Shown: positions 14,775-42,792 of the stretch, one piece after another | Layout: every line of letters starts with the position of its first letter | Numbering within the stretch: the first letter of the stretch is position 1 | The notes under the pieces: model-generated | What the model saw: only the letters and a program-made list of their open reading frames with translations | Told to the model about the DNA's origin: nothing | Database searches by the model: none | Source: Chrysomallon squamiferum | Lineage: Eukaryota > Animalia > Mollusca | Assembly: GCA_012295275.1 (NCBI GenBank) | Contig: CM022668.1 | Coordinates: 15,996,001 to 16,060,000, forward strand | Length of the DNA stretch: 64,000 nucleotides | Direction of reading: 5' to 3' | Program-made: the position numbers and the translations under genes

Positions 14775-15220
14775 TATTAATTTAAAGTATATTAAAATAA
14801 AGAGATTAAAAAAGGTGTTTAAAATTAGAAGACAATGTAAATATACATGTATTTGTTTATTTGTTTCTTTGCTCAGTTATCTATCTGTTTACAGGAAATG
14901 CTAACTCGGCCGGTGATATAGCGTCTAACATCAGCAGATTTGCTAAACAGGTTAGCAGCACACACTAGTATTATTCATTAAGATTTATTATTATTATTAT
15001 TATTATTTTTAAATTTACCATTGATGTACAAACAGATAACATTCTATATACTTCAACACCATTACGGTATAGGACAATGAAAAACTTCTTTGCTAATAAT
15101 AAAAAAGTATTACTCAATATTATACCAGTATTACGTTTATCTTCAAAAGTTGCTATATTTTTTCCTCTGTACTGAGAATGTACAGAGGAAAAAATATAAC
15201 AACGACAGAAGTGAAACAAA

Positions 15221-15258
<38 letters not shown>

Positions 15259-16612
15259 ATCCTTCAGATACATGTACATGCTCATGTACCAGGTAATACA
15301 AAATGGTGTAATATTTCAGCTGCTAAATTCTATCCATATTAGTTTATCAAATTCTGCAGAATGTGCTGTCATACTACTGCATATAAAATATACCTTGTTG
15401 CAAATTATCATTATCCAAAAAGTTGGACATTTTATAATCATGAGTATTAAATTTTTTGAAATGTAATTAAACAAGCGTTTCATTCACTTCAGGTATATTT
15501 AAGTGTTGGTGACGGATGCTGGATTTTAACGAGATTAACCAAAGGTGGAATTCCCCGAGATTTTCTCCACAGACGATTCCTTCTGCAAACGATACCAGAT
15601 TTTCTTGTGAATAATATTATACGAAAAGAAGCCGATATGTTACTCAGCCATGAATCGATTGGTATCTCTCCCGTGACATCACCGCTGAAGTCCAGCATTA
15701 TGATGAATGACGAAATTCAGATGCACATCATGAGTGGAAAGGTCAAGGTTGTTAGAAAATTAAAGAAACTGGACAAACGATGCGCTTTCTTTGATGATGG
15801 ACATGCTGTATGTGATCTTGATGGCATTGTTTTTGCAACAGGTTTTCACAAAGATTTAAGTTTTCTCGATTCGTCTGTTGGTGGAGGTATGCATTTTTTT
15901 TTTTTTTTTTTTTTTTATTTTTGTTGTAGTTGTTGTTGTTGCTACATTTTGTAAACTTCCAAGTTATTGTTTTATTTATTTGGCAGCATGAACAAATAAC
16001 CTATCTTGTCAAATTTTCATTTTAATGTTCAGCAGAATGTCTATACAATTCTGATGTAAAATAAAAAGACAAAGTTAACAGTTGTCATGCAACTCTTTTG
16101 GTTTGATATTGTATAAATTTATTATTAGCCAAGTACGGTTAACAACCACTATATGTGTACTTTATTCTAAATAATGAACAATATTCATTTCTGTAAATTA
16201 TGTAACAGAAACCTTTTTGGTTTATAAACAAATAAAAGACTGTAAGTTTTGAATTTTAGCAATTTTCATTCTTTGTTTTCACCTAAACCGGCTGACTTTT
16301 TAAATTATTTTCTTAATATTTTGTAGATGAAGAAAAAGTTGAATTCTACAAAATGACATTTCCTGTCCACCTACGTCATCAGACAATTGCGATGATTGGC
16401 TGTTTCAGCACAGTGGGCGCACATCCGCCAGCGTTTGAATTACAAGCCCGCCTCGCTTCCCGCGTTTTTGCTAGCAAGCATTATCTCCCTTGCAAAGACG
16501 TAATGGTGAAAGATGTGAAAAAATGGAATGCTTTTGTTAAAGACCAAAGTGGATATTATAAATACAAAGTAAGCAGTAAAAAAATGTCGAGAGAGAGGTG
16601 GAAAAGAGTAAT

Positions 16613-16675
<63 letters not shown>

Positions 16676-17253
16676 TAAATAAATAAAATAAATAAAATAA
16701 AAAATAAAAAATAAATAAAATAAAAATATCTTTTTCACTACTGAAGTCATATTACATTACTCATAACTTTCAAGAATAAAATAATTTTAATAAAAATACA
16801 CCCCCTCAAAAAAAAAAAAAAAACCTTACAAAACAGCTAAATAAATACTAGCTATCAATCAGCAGAAATACAGTTGTTAGTTGATACGTTTCAACCCAAA
16901 ATCACCTGTTATCTAAATGACTGCTGTTTTAGGTTCACTGTTTAATAACTGTCAACAACCAGCGAGGAGAGGTCAGTTTGATGATAACAGGACAATGGAC
17001 AGTTAATCCGTTGATGATGAACCATGCTGTTGATAGTTTCTGTCATTCTGTCAGTCAGTGTCTGTAGATTTGATGAATGTTTCAAAAGATATTTTGTTGT
17101 AAACTGTTATCACGGCAGATTCAATTTTTAACATGATGAAGTAGACGGCAGAAAGAACATTGTTTAGTTTTAATATATAAAAATGTTTCAAGTTTTATTG
17201 TAATACTTTTCAAAAAATAGGCCTGTATCATTTTGTGAAACTACATGGTAAAT

Positions 17254-17302
<49 letters not shown>

Positions 17303-17855
17303 CACACACACACACTGGACACTGGAACACATATACACAGACACACAAACACAAACACATTTTTATACTCGTACAAACAGATACACACTAAAAAAAAGCC
17401 GAAATATTTACAGCCAGTCATACATACATATACACATCTCCATTATTTTACTGTATTTTTTTATTTTCTGTTTATTTCAATTTCCAATTATAAAATTATT
17501 GTATTGTTAAATTATTTTTTTGTTTCAGTTTCCAACACTTTTGATAAGAGACAACATAGCAGCAGAACTGGGATTAAAACCAAAGTTTTGGGATCTAATC
17601 TGGACTGATCCTGAACTAGCACTTAACTGCTACTTTGGACCATCATTTCCGGTGCAGTATCGCCTGTTTGGAGGAGGATCATGGGAAGGAGCAAGGAATG
17701 CCTGTTTTGAAGCATACAACAATAATACTGTGTCAAAAAACCCACCCAAACAACTACAGTGCTCAAACAAAGCAACTGTACCAATTTATCTTCACCTGAT
17801 AATGTTAGCTTTACTGTTTGGAATTTGTCTGATAAGCATATTGTATTGTTATTAA
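13821..17855 (+). CDS. Flavin-containing monooxygenase (dimethylaniline monooxygenase, FMO family), 6 coding exons, about 531 aa
   Basis: Exons 13821-13938, 14212-14670, 14895-14950, 15493-15886, 16327-16568 and 17529-17855 join in frame. Motifs: FAD motif VCVIGAGISGL, GGVW, TNSSKDMMCFSDFPYP, FMO fingerprint FEGFKTHSQTF, NADPH region VVGNANSAGDIA, FATGF, ELQAR, GPSFPVQYRL, and a C-terminal hydrophobic membrane anchor. Confidence 0.95.
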
Positions 17856-19391
17856 ATATTTAACTGTATCTTGAGATTGTATTGACATCATGCCATCAGT
17901 TTTAAGAATAATTTACTAATAAAACTTGTAGATCCATACAAAATAATCTCTTTTGTAAGTGTGTTTAATGATTTCCCGTAAGCTTTAGGTTATTATACTT
18001 AAAAAAACAAAACCAACAACAACAACAAATAATGACCTACAAAAACCCTGGCTTCGTGTAAACTTACATATAAAGTTTACAAAATTTATTAAAACTAAAA
18101 TTAATTACAGTTGTGGCACAGATCATGATACATATGTAATGGATTTACTGACAAATAAACTGTATCCACAATTACTACTGCATCAGATTTAGGTTCAAAA
18201 TAAAATAAATATATATATGTAAGCAAGAATTAATTACCAGATACTGGAGGGTCATAGCATATGCTGATAATGTTGCCCTAACAATGCCCCTAGCTCAGTG
18301 AATTAATTCAAAAACACATTTGTAATAATACTGTGAAACAGAAGAAAACAAAAGCATACACTCTATGCTGCAATATAAACAATGTTTATTTTTTTGTGTA
18401 AACCACGTATCTCCATAACTAGTTAATTAATAACTGGTAGTACTAAATGTTTAACAGCTCAGATGACTTTGATTTCACTTGTTATTAACAAATTACAGGT
18501 TTTAAAGGGCTATTGCAATTTCTGGTATTATTTCATTAATGCATTATTAAGTTGAAAAGCTGACTACAATGGATATTTAACACTTTCAATTATAAAATGT
18601 ATAAAAATGAAACTGTTTAACTTTGCACATCATCCAAATGGAACATTTATCAATTCTTAAAATACATGATACATATTTATAAAGAAGTATTTTAAAACAA
18701 TTTTTCATTAGTAAAGAAACTACTAAACGAAAATATTTAAGACACATTGATGATTTACATCTCATTGGATTTAAAATAAACATGAAAGACAAAAATAAAA
18801 ACACAAAGAGTGTTTACACAGAAGAATTCTGAAGTAAATATTTCTAGGCTAAGCAATTCATAATGAAAGTATTTATTTATAAGCAACATTTAGCAGGTAT
18901 ACTTATTGCTTATAATATACATGATTTAAGAAAAAAAGTTTTTATATATCTGTAAATGTCAAAATAAAAAATTTCTGTACAAAATATGATTTTCTAAATA
19001 TTTTTTACAGTAGATATGGTTTTCTAAAATATATTTCTTTGGTAAATAAAATGTTCTAAAAGTGATCTTTTTTCTACAACAAGTATAATTTTCTAAATAT
19101 ATTTTCTACATTCAATGACAAAAATTCAGTTAAATGTTTTGTTTAAAAAGAAAACCTATGTGGTGAATGCTGGTCTAGAATTTAAAAATTCAAGGAAATG
19201 GAAAAAATTCTTTCCCTATATATCTCCTTAAATTGTTTTCTTTCTTTTTCTCTTTTTAAAAAAAAAATAAATAGACTGTGCGTGAAAAATCCTCAAACCA
19301 ATAAAACCCCAACTTTTTATCGTTTTAATTAATTGGTCTAATCTTTTTTGATTTTCTGCAGAAGATCTGCGATGACATTAGCTTTTCTTAC

Positions 19392-32686
<13,295 letters not shown>

Positions 32687-32902
32687 CTTTAAATAACGCT
32701 AAAAAAATTGGATAAAATACTGGCGTGACTGAATAAAATAGAATAACATTAGAAAAAAAATTTAAATTTAAAAATATATACATACATATTATTTATATAT
32801 TATGAAATTTATTGCTGTCATTTATCATTTTGTTGACAAGGTATTTGCAATACTGTCCTTGAGCTCATATATAAATATTAATTCGCAATTACAATTTACA
32901 TA

Positions 32903-32934
<32 letters not shown>

Positions 32935-33435
32935 GACAGACGACACCTTTCATTATCTATAATTCAGTATAATTATAAATTATACTCATATTCCATCATT
33001 AACTATTTATCTCTGTAATTAATGAATTAATCTTAATAGCTATTACCTTCTTTACGAAATGACTAAAAATAAACTGTTTTCAAACATCGTGGCTACATTT
33101 CAGACGTTCGGACGCAAACTCTTTTCACCACAGAAATTATTTTGAATGACGTCAAATAGCGGAGATTACGCAGTCGCAGATCATCAAAGTTTCTGTGAAC
33201 TCACTCGGACTTATGTAAAAAAAAATCGTGGCTTTCCGGCATTTTCTCTTTGCCTCTATGAAATATATTCCCATCTGTGGAAATGCTCACGCCTAACTCA
33301 TAAATCCTTTGCTTATTACAGAAACCCCCATAATGCCATCGCTACGCCCCCTCAAAACATATGTGGATTTTCAGTATGTGTGATTTCATTTAATTGCATA
33401 TAGAATGAGATCATACAACTGGATCGAGTCGCCAA

Positions 33436-33480
<45 letters not shown>

Positions 33481-34144
33481 ATAATAATATTAATAAATTA
33501 CTTTGAAACTTTAAAAAAATTAATTAACTAACTAACTAACTGACCAACTAACTAACTAAATAAATATTCCATTTTCAAATTGCTTGTTTGTTTGTTGTTG
33601 TTTTTTTTGTTGTTGTTTTTTTTTTGTCATTTCCCATCTTTTGCATTTCCTGATAAAACAATATTAAATAAGCCAATTTTCTTTTTTTTTCCGTAGAAGT
33701 TAAGTCCAGATGTTAATATATTTACTTTATTATAAAGTTTAATATCTGATCATTAAAGTAACTGAAAGTTTCGCATATATTTAAAATTAAGCAAGCCCTT
33801 ATAATATTATTGAAGCCGGCTGAACTTGGCTGAAAAAATATATATACTGATATGAGCTGAAACACTGTAATATATAGCCTAGTGCTACATGTAGTTAAAT
33901 GTGATGTAATAATTTATAATCATTCTGATGTCACGCGACTGAATTTATTACAGATGACAGTGTATAAATATTTCTGTTCTTGTTTGTTAGGAGAAGCTTG
34001 CTTTATTTTTCCCTAATGTGACTGTAACAACTGGGAAGATGTGAATGTTACTGTATGATAGGCAGAAGGCATTTGATTACCAGTTCGTTTCACCTGTGTA
34101 GTTGTTGTCAGGTGTGTGACAAATGGGATGTGTAACAAATGGGA

Positions 34145-34223
<79 letters not shown>

Positions 34224-34228
34224 CATTA

Positions 34229-34259
<31 letters not shown>

Positions 34260-36184
34260 GTTTTATTAATTGGCAGATACTGATGTAATATTCGGTGGAA
34301 CAACATTTCTGGATTTGTCACTAGCGGTTATAATTATAATATTGCTGTGTTTACCATCACGAACTAATTGCGGTGCATTGGCGTAGGAATATCATTCTTC
34401 GTTTATAAAAAAAAAGCAGACGGCAACACATCTATTATAGCCTCGATCGTGTTCGAAGGATTCGTTAGTGCTTTCATTTCATTCAAATGTCGACAAAATC
34501 ACTTTTCAGTCAAATAATTAATCTAGTATTAAATACAATATTAATTACATATTGTTCCATTTTAACATTTCGTAAACAACCCACTGAAATACTCCGCGCA
34601 ATCTTCGATATCTGTACTCGTTCAAATGTTTGATTTTCCTTTTCACTTCTACATTTCTCGGAATGTACTATTTTATACTCATTAACTGTCGATGATAGAA
34701 AACATTACTTACGTTGATAAATAAACCAAAGTTTAACTTTTATTATCTTCACCTGACGTGACTTTCTAGTAGATGTATCCTCGTGTATACTAAACCTCTC
34801 AGTTACAGTCATATGTAAATGACAAATGACAGACATCTCAACATTCTTTTTTTTCGTTTAAAGTACATGCTGTCACCGGTGAGCCATCTTGAACACACAC
34901 ATAGCAGATACAGACTTAGTTTTCAATAATGTCTACGTTGAAAAGGTTAATTTTAGAAGGTATGAGAATTGTACAGTGTCCTACTGGTTTAAATTAATTC
35001 ATGTTAATACATGATTTTCAGATGTCGATACATTTTATTTTATTTTTATTTATTCATTTTATTTTTTAATTTGTTTTTTAATTTTATTTATTTATTTTTT
35101 TATTTTTTCATTTTATTTATTTATTTATTTATTTATTTTTGTTGTTGTTGTTGTTTTTGTTAAAGATAAATGATAATTTAAAAACTAATGTTGTAAATTA
35201 TTGAAAAATTACCCAAATAAAGTAGTTTCTGTTTTACCATATATTTAATTCTTACATCACTAACAGCTTTTGGTAATTATATGTAATATAGTCGATAATT
35301 TTTAATTAATAATTAAAAAAAAAAAAAAAAAATAACTAACAACTGACACATTATTAACTTTAATATTATCTAAGATTTATTTATATCATATAATTTTAGT
35401 TTAGAATAGGTTAGATCCATAGAAAGTCGTCTATACTTGTACAGAGATTATTTTTAATTTGAAAGGGGAAAAACGTTCGTCGGTCGGGTTTCCTTTCTAG
35501 AGTAAACAGTTATCATTTAATAGCTGATAACAAAAAATAAATCAGTGTTAATGAATGGATGATGAAAAGAGAAGAAATGTTTAATAAATATTCATCAGTG
35601 TTTTCAAGTGTATCTTAAAATAAGAAATGTTTAATAAATATTCATTCGTGTTTTCAAGTGTATCTTGAAATAAATGTTCAACAACCAAAAGAACAGCATA
35701 AATGAACGAATTAACGTTCTCGGTGTTAAGCTATTAAACGAAATTTATTTCTCATTGTTTCATAATGCTGACGTTTCATTTCATTAATAAAATCGTAACA
35801 AAATATGTTGACGTTATTAACTCTGTTATTAAAGTGGTATATTTCTATTTGCTGTTTTGCACTACAGGCTACTAGTAACTGCTTTTATCTGAGAAACGAA
35901 ATTAAACTGAGTATTTATAAATAAAAAAATTAAGTTTATTTTATTGCACGAGAGATATAAATAACGTTCACAGTATCACACGGTGTGCGTCTATGTACTC
36001 CATTCCGTGAATTCAAAGGGAAACGAGAGCATCAGGTAACGAAAACTTAACAAAACAAAAACAACTAAATGCTTATCTGGGAGACATCCCGCGGATGGTG
36101 GTTGTAAATAAAGATAAACAGAAAGAAAATGTCGCGCAGTGACAAGTTGATGAACGCCACGGGTAAAAGCGCTACCTAGCGGGG

Positions 36185-36267
36185 GTTTTATATTAATATA
36201 TCTGTCTTCTTCACTTTGCGTGTAATTCACTCTTAGCCTCGCTCGCGAAACGTTTCACCTGCGCTTG
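36185..36267 (+). promoter_or_regulatory. Putative TATA-type core promoter and non-coding first exon of the cysteine-rich gene
   Basis: TATA-like tttatattaatata at about 36187, Inr-like tcact at 36211 and 36227, and a strong donor ttg|gtaagt at 36267/36268. The next acceptor ttctag|G at 36797 precedes the ATG at 36816. Confidence 0.5.
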
Positions 36268-36284
36268 GTAAGTGTTTTACTTGA

Positions 36285-36328
<44 letters not shown>

Positions 36329-36537
36329 GATGTGTGCGTGGATGTGTGGTCGTTAATTAATGAACGTAAATATATTTTTATTTTTCTTCTTTGGTAATAT
36401 AAATACATATATATTTTAATACGCTTATGTACACACACATACCCACAAACACACACACAGACACGGACACACATATATATACATACTAACATACTGTGTA
36501 CATATATGTGTGTGTGTATATGTGTGTGTGTATATGT

Positions 36538-36588
<51 letters not shown>

Positions 36589-36815
36589 TATATAAGCATT
36601 TATATTACCAAAGAAGCAAAATAAAAAAACATATTAAAATTTTCATTTTGCATAATGCATAAACTTCATTTATTTGTTTGTGTTTGTTTTCACGAGTCTA
36701 GGTCTTCGCATTTGAACTTGGGTTATTGCTTTGTTTCGTCTCTTCTTTTTTTTTCTTTTTTTTTTCTCTACGGTGATATATTTCTGTTTTTTCTAGGTTT
36801 CGCTAGGGAGAAAAC

Positions 36816-37247
36816 ATGAAATTAATCGTAGTAACATTCTTGTCAGTCTTTTTTGTGAGCTGTTTCGCTTTACGAACTAGTCCAGGAAGTAAGTCAAATT
36901 AGATAAATTATAGAATACAGTTCTCTTTTACTGGTATCTTGTAATTCTTTAACTTCATTTTTTTATTTATTTATTTTTTATTGTTTGGAGAGAGATCTAG
37001 GGTAAATAACTTATTTTGTAAACGCATTAGCTTCTTCTTCTTCTTCTTCGTACTATTATTATTATTATTTGTTTTTTTATTTGTTTGTTTCTTGTTGCAG
37101 CTTATTTTTTATTTTATTTATTTTTTTATTATATATATTTTTTTATTATTATTATTATTTTTTTTTGCTTCTGTATTATTTATTGTCTTTACTAGTTTTT
37201 TTTTTTGGGGGGGTTTCAAGGGGCTGAAAAAAGCGTTAAATAATAAA

Positions 37248-37314
<67 letters not shown>

Positions 37315-38366
37315 CTTTGTTTTCAATATATGCTGAATATATTTAGACCATTTCTTCCCATCACCAAAGGTACATTTTAATATTTAAAAAAAACCACACA
37401 ATTAGAAACAGTTGATAATTATTCTTGTTTCCTCAAAGTCTTATATGTGTATGTGGGGAGGGGTTTGTTTGTTTGTTCGTTTTGTGTTTTTCTTTATCTA
37501 TCTATCTATATATCTATATCTATAGATATAAATATATTTTAACATGGGATTTTATTATGGGGAGACAAGAAGGCTTGATTATCTTTTAAAACTGCTAAGC
37601 ACGGGAGTGAAGTTATTCTCTTTTTACACGCATGCTGACTACAATTTCATTAGCTGTACTTTTAAAAATACATTTCTCTCCCTCTCTCTCTCTCTCTTTC
37701 TTTCTCTCTCGTATAGCCTACACGTGTGAAACTGGAGATAAATGTGTTGGTTCAAAGAACGTTGGGACGGTGCACGGAGTCGAGTACTGTTGTAAAGCGG
37801 GCGACTCGATGAGTCTGCACACGGAAAACGTGACTGGATTCGCCAAAACGTGGTGTCACTGCGGTAAGAAACGCCATTTATTTACGTAACTCCGTCACGT
37901 GACGTCTATTTCTCTTGATGCCATTTTATTCTGGGCTGTTATTATTATTAATTATTTTTTTATTTTTTACTGATGTTGCTACTAAAACTATTCCTGATGC
38001 TATTACTACTATCAACAGTGACTTCTATCGACTATTACTACTATCGCATTTACTGCTACTACTGCCTCTACTGCTATAAGCACTATTACTACTACTACTA
38101 TGATTACTATTATTACCACTACTTCTACTACATTCACTACTGTTACTATAGCTACTGTGAAAACCACTACTATTACTGCTACAGCTACTACTGTTACTGA
38201 TACCACTACTACTATAGTACCACTATTACTACTACTACTACTATCACCACCACCACCACCACTACTACTACTACCACTACTACCACTCCTACTATTACTG
38301 CTACTGTTACTGATACCACCACTGCTATACTACCACTATTACTACTACTGCTACAACTACCCCCAT

Positions 38367-38400
<34 letters not shown>

Positions 38401-38763
38401 GCTCTTGCTACTATACTAAAACTATTCACTATCTACTAACATTATTAATATTTACTAATTTGGCTAGTTCGTCCGCCTCATCAGTGTTTGAAAAACGACG
38501 AATGTTCACGTTACGACGTCCACGGCTTGAGCACCTTCAAAAACGACACCTACTGCTGCGGCCACGGAGAACACATGAGTATGTCCAGCATCTGGGTGAA
38601 CGGCCACGAGTGGGTGGAATGTTACTGCGGCACGTCGGTGACAACGGCTGACGTGCAGATTTTTGGTGACGTCATAAACGACATCGTGACGAATCTGAGC
38701 CGAGCATTCTGGGCAGATTATGCGACGCAGCAAAACTTAGCGACTTTGTTAAGTATAAAGTAA
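36816..38763 (+). CDS. Secreted cysteine-rich protein of unrecognised family (signal peptide, two six-Cys domains, helical tail), about 171 aa
   Basis: Exons 36816-36888 (MKLIVVTFLSVFFVSCFALRTSPG, signal-peptide-like), 37717-37863 (YTCETGDKC...EYCC...WCHC) and 38468-38763 (HQCLKNDEC...TYCC...ECYCG...LLSIK*). Both introns are phase 1, GT-AG, and the frame is continuous. Confidence 0.85.
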
Positions 38764-40008
38764 AAGACGATTTCCAAAATTTAAATAACATTCAAAAGTG
38801 CTATGTATGATGAAAAGAAAAACCTATTAAAAGGTTATGAGGTGGGGTTTTTTTTATCGAAACGGAAATTAAATGAATTAGTTTAGTCAAAACAATGGAA
38901 ACCACAAAATAATTTTTTTTTTTTGTTGTTGTTGTTTAAATGTTTGTGTGTGTATATATATATATATATGCAAAAATATGGCGTGCAAAATTGAAAGAGG
39001 TATGGAAATTACAGTGTTACAGCCTGCTTACAGAATTTAAAGTGCTTCTCCCGCTACCAGTTTTGTTTAAAATGCAGACAGCTTCAGGTAATTTATAGTC
39101 ACAGGCTTCAGGATAATAATTTATTTGATCCGAGTTGACCGCAAAGACGGTTTGTGCTAATTCCGCCTCAAGCAGTTTAACTAACGTATTAAATCAGTGC
39201 TGAAACACATTTAGAATAATGATATTAATATTATTAACAATAAAATTAAAAATAAAATAAAATAAAATAAAATAAAATAAAGTAGTAATAATATATAAAT
39301 AATAATAATAAATAAAACGAAAGTGTATAAATAAAGTAAATAAAATAAACTGAATGGTTTGAAAATACACTGGTTCAAGTATAACAGACCGCTATAACAG
39401 ACAAAAACTCAGCTTTTTATCTCGATGATGATGATGATGATGATGATAATATGATGATGGCGACGATAACTGCATGATAAACAAATAACCAAATCAACCC
39501 ATATAATAACTATTTTTATTTTTAATTTAACAAGTTTAACTTTATCTTCAACGACGCTCTTTTCTTATCACTTAGCAAATATTTCAGAAAAGAACATGAC
39601 ATTTTTTTTCTTCTTCTTCGCTTACTTTCCTTATTTTTTTATTTATTTATTTTTAAATCTGAGCTTTCATGTTTATTATCCTGACATGCATCTGAAGTGA
39701 CAGCTCGTGCAAACACCCAGTCATGAGCCTGTTTGTCATATAAAATTATGAAGTACACAGATCTAGAAATGAAATGGGGCACGCAGCAATATCATTTTGA
39801 CTTTCTAATAATATTCGTTTTATGTCGGAAATTATACAGCGTAAATTTTGAAAAAAATTCGTCCCCGTTTGAAATCCTTGACAACACCCATATCCTTTTT
39901 GTCTTCTCCTTGTATAGTTTTATTATTATTGTTATTGTTATTGTTATTAATATTATTAGTATTAGTATTATCATGTTACTGTTATTGTTGCTCTTCTTCT
40001 TCTTCTTC

Positions 40009-40052
<44 letters not shown>

Positions 40053-41164
40053 CCAAAAAGATTTTAATAATTCCTTTCAGCTTTACGATTAATAGTTAAT
40101 GTTGTATGTTTCTCTATTAAAAACCGGCAAACAAATCTTCATACCCCTTGAAAAAAAAAAAAAAAAATATATATATAATATTTTTTTATAAAACAAAACA
40201 ATAAAAATACAAGAAAATACATGTTTCTGTATTTTGAGAATTTAAAAAAAAAAAAAAAAAAAAAAAATATTAAAAAGAAATAAAAGTTACTGTCACATGG
40301 AAATAATTTACCGAACGTGACTCAGAAACTGACAATTTGTCCCTTTCCGTGACGCAGTGTTACGTAATAAAACTTCCATGTTTGAAAATATTATTTGTTA
40401 CGCGTCTTACAGCTGCATAAATCTATTAATTCACAGTAACAGTTTCCTATTGACCTTAGTACGATGTTGTTCATGTATGTAAGTGTATGTGTACATATCC
40501 TGTTCTGTACATAACAACTGTTACTGTGATATTATTATATTAATAGCCTTTAATTCTTTTATGTTATTATTCATTTTGTACGTACATTATTAATATTATT
40601 GTCCCAGAAACTATTTTATGACACGAACAATACCATTTCAGTATTTTCCTCGAGCTGGGCTATTTCATCTTGTTAGTATATATATATATATATTTATTTA
40701 TTTATTTATCTCTATATATTCAGAATTGTTACTAACTGTCTGATTATTTATATCTATATTATTTCCCGTCACAAACAAATTCTGAAAGATTTTCTAGCGA
40801 ACAATATTTCGCAGTCTAATTTGTAATACCAGATGACGGTTACTGAGTAATACTGAATGAAAAACTCGCACAGTGCATCCGATTAAATTAACATTTAGAT
40901 ATTATTTTATATAAGTAGCATCATTTGTATATACAACTATAACATTCTATTATTTATTTATATACTAAATTTTGCTTTATGTTACTGGTATAGTGGTAAA
41001 GACGTGACTGTGATATTGGCATTGAACATGTAGAAATTAATCATACGAATTTAACGAGTAAAATTAGTAATCGATATATATACATATCAGTATTACTCAT
41101 ATAATTATATATAAGTGAAAAAGAATAATATACTTTATCACTTGTTTGTTATGCTGCAGCTACG

Positions 41165-41495
41165 TAGATAGGAGCTTGGTTGTGGTGTCACTGGTTGCAA
41201 GATCTATCCTCCTTAGTAGACCGATTTGGTCTTTTTCCCTTTCTAGTCAATGTCACATGGCTGGTTAAAATCGATATGTGAATGTGTGTATGATTAATAT
41301 GTTAAACATGTAAAAATACATGCATGTATTCACGTGCATAAACCTTGTTGGGTACAGATAACATGACTTTACGAAATGAGGTATCAACACCTAAAAGAGT
41401 CGCTAATAATAAAGTTTTTAAGTACATATTAATTAATTCCTTTATTATTTAGCACAGCAATGATTAATAATTAATGCTGTATAATTTCACTATCG
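41165..41495 (+). mobile_element. Highly degenerate SINE copy (same general family as 25711-26016, opposite orientation)
   Basis: gatctatcctccttagtagaccgatttggtctttttcccttctagtcaatgtcacatggctgg and tail gatta ataattaatgctg resemble, from recall, the SINE core and tail. It is interrupted by AT-rich sequence. Confidence 0.4.
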
Positions 41496-42196
41496 AAAGC
41501 CGACTACAAACAAATACCCCCCAACCCCACTTTAAAAAACATCTGTAACGCACGAAAAAGGAAGGATTTTATCTGTATATTTCTGTAGCAGAATATCAAA
41601 TGCAGGCAGTGTCAAAGAAAGAAAGAACGAAGAAAGAAAGAAAGAAAGAAAGAAAGATTGTGAAAAAGTTAATGAAAATATTTTTATTTTCAGCAAAGCG
41701 GTTTGATAAAGTATATTTACTAATTTTGTTTTCTTACTTATAACAACACAAAATAAAGAAATTTTAATGGTAACACATGATTGTTTGTTTTAGTTTTTCT
41801 CGCTTTTTTGTTGTTTTTTTGTTGTTGTTTTTTAATATTGTTAGGAGTGGACATTATTAAATCTTTGGTTTTGGTGATGTGCTAAAAATCGATTTATTTA
41901 TTTATTTATTTATTCATTTATTCATTTATTTATTACATGTATTACTAATTACTAAAAGAAGTATTATTAACATAAAATATATTTTAAAAAAAAAGTTGTT
42001 TTTAACTTAACTTTACAACGTATAATATTTTCATTTTATAACAAATATTTTGAAATATTGTTATTACAGTTTCTCTCAGTTCCATTGTATAGGAATAAAA
42101 CTAATACTGATTCTAATAACTAAGAATTAACAACATTTAGACAACACTGATGTAACAGTTACAATAACAAATAACAACAACAACAATAACAACACT

Positions 42197-42266
<70 letters not shown>

Positions 42267-42319
42267 GTAAAAATAATAAAAAATAATCCATAAAGATACA
42301 CTTTTGTATACATCTAGAT

Positions 42320-42630
42320 CAGTGATTCCCAAGGTGGGAGGGGGGGACTTGAATATAATGTGGGATAATTTGAAAGTGATGTAACACGACCCAACTTCCA
42401 GATACACTTCCTCTACTCGTGTTATCGTGTGTCTGGCAGCACCTACCAGCAGTTTATTTTCACTTTGGAGCCTAATTTTTAGCTTTGTTTAAATAAAAGA
42501 TTTCTACTTTGTATTACAGTAATTACACTTTTAGAAATCTCAGTTTGTTTTTATATCAAACGGGGGTGGGGCACAAACATTTTTTAGATGCTGAAGTAGG
42601 TAATGGATCAAAAAAGGTTGGGAACCACTG
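42320..42630. mobile_element. Non-autonomous hAT (Charlie-like) DNA transposon / MITE, about 311 bp
   Basis: Terminal inverted repeats cagtgattcccaa (42320) and ttgggaaccactg (ending 42630). Flanking 8-mers atctagat and atcctaat form an imperfect TSD, and the left one fits the Charlie NTCTAGAN preference. Confidence 0.75.
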
Positions 42631-42755
42631 ATCCTAATTAAAAAAATTTGGGGGGTAAAAACCATATTCATTTTTGCAGCTATCCACTGTATCTTTTTCT
42701 ATTGTTTTAATTTTATTTATTTATTTATTTATTTTATTTATTTATATTTATTATT

Positions 42756-42786
<31 letters not shown>

Positions 42787-42792
42787 TTTTAG

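Noticed and set aside
35570-35672. Two-copy direct duplication of about 53 bp
   Set aside because: A simple local duplication in intergenic DNA with no associated structure.
38100-38651. 183-aa Thr/Leu/Tyr-rich ORF and overlapping ORFs
   Set aside because: These are translations of an intronic (ACT)n-type microsatellite. The real exon starts at 38468 in another frame.
41692-41770. Possible signal-peptide exon for the 42793 exon
   Set aside because: It has an acceptor and a donor-like end, but all three frames contain stop codons.
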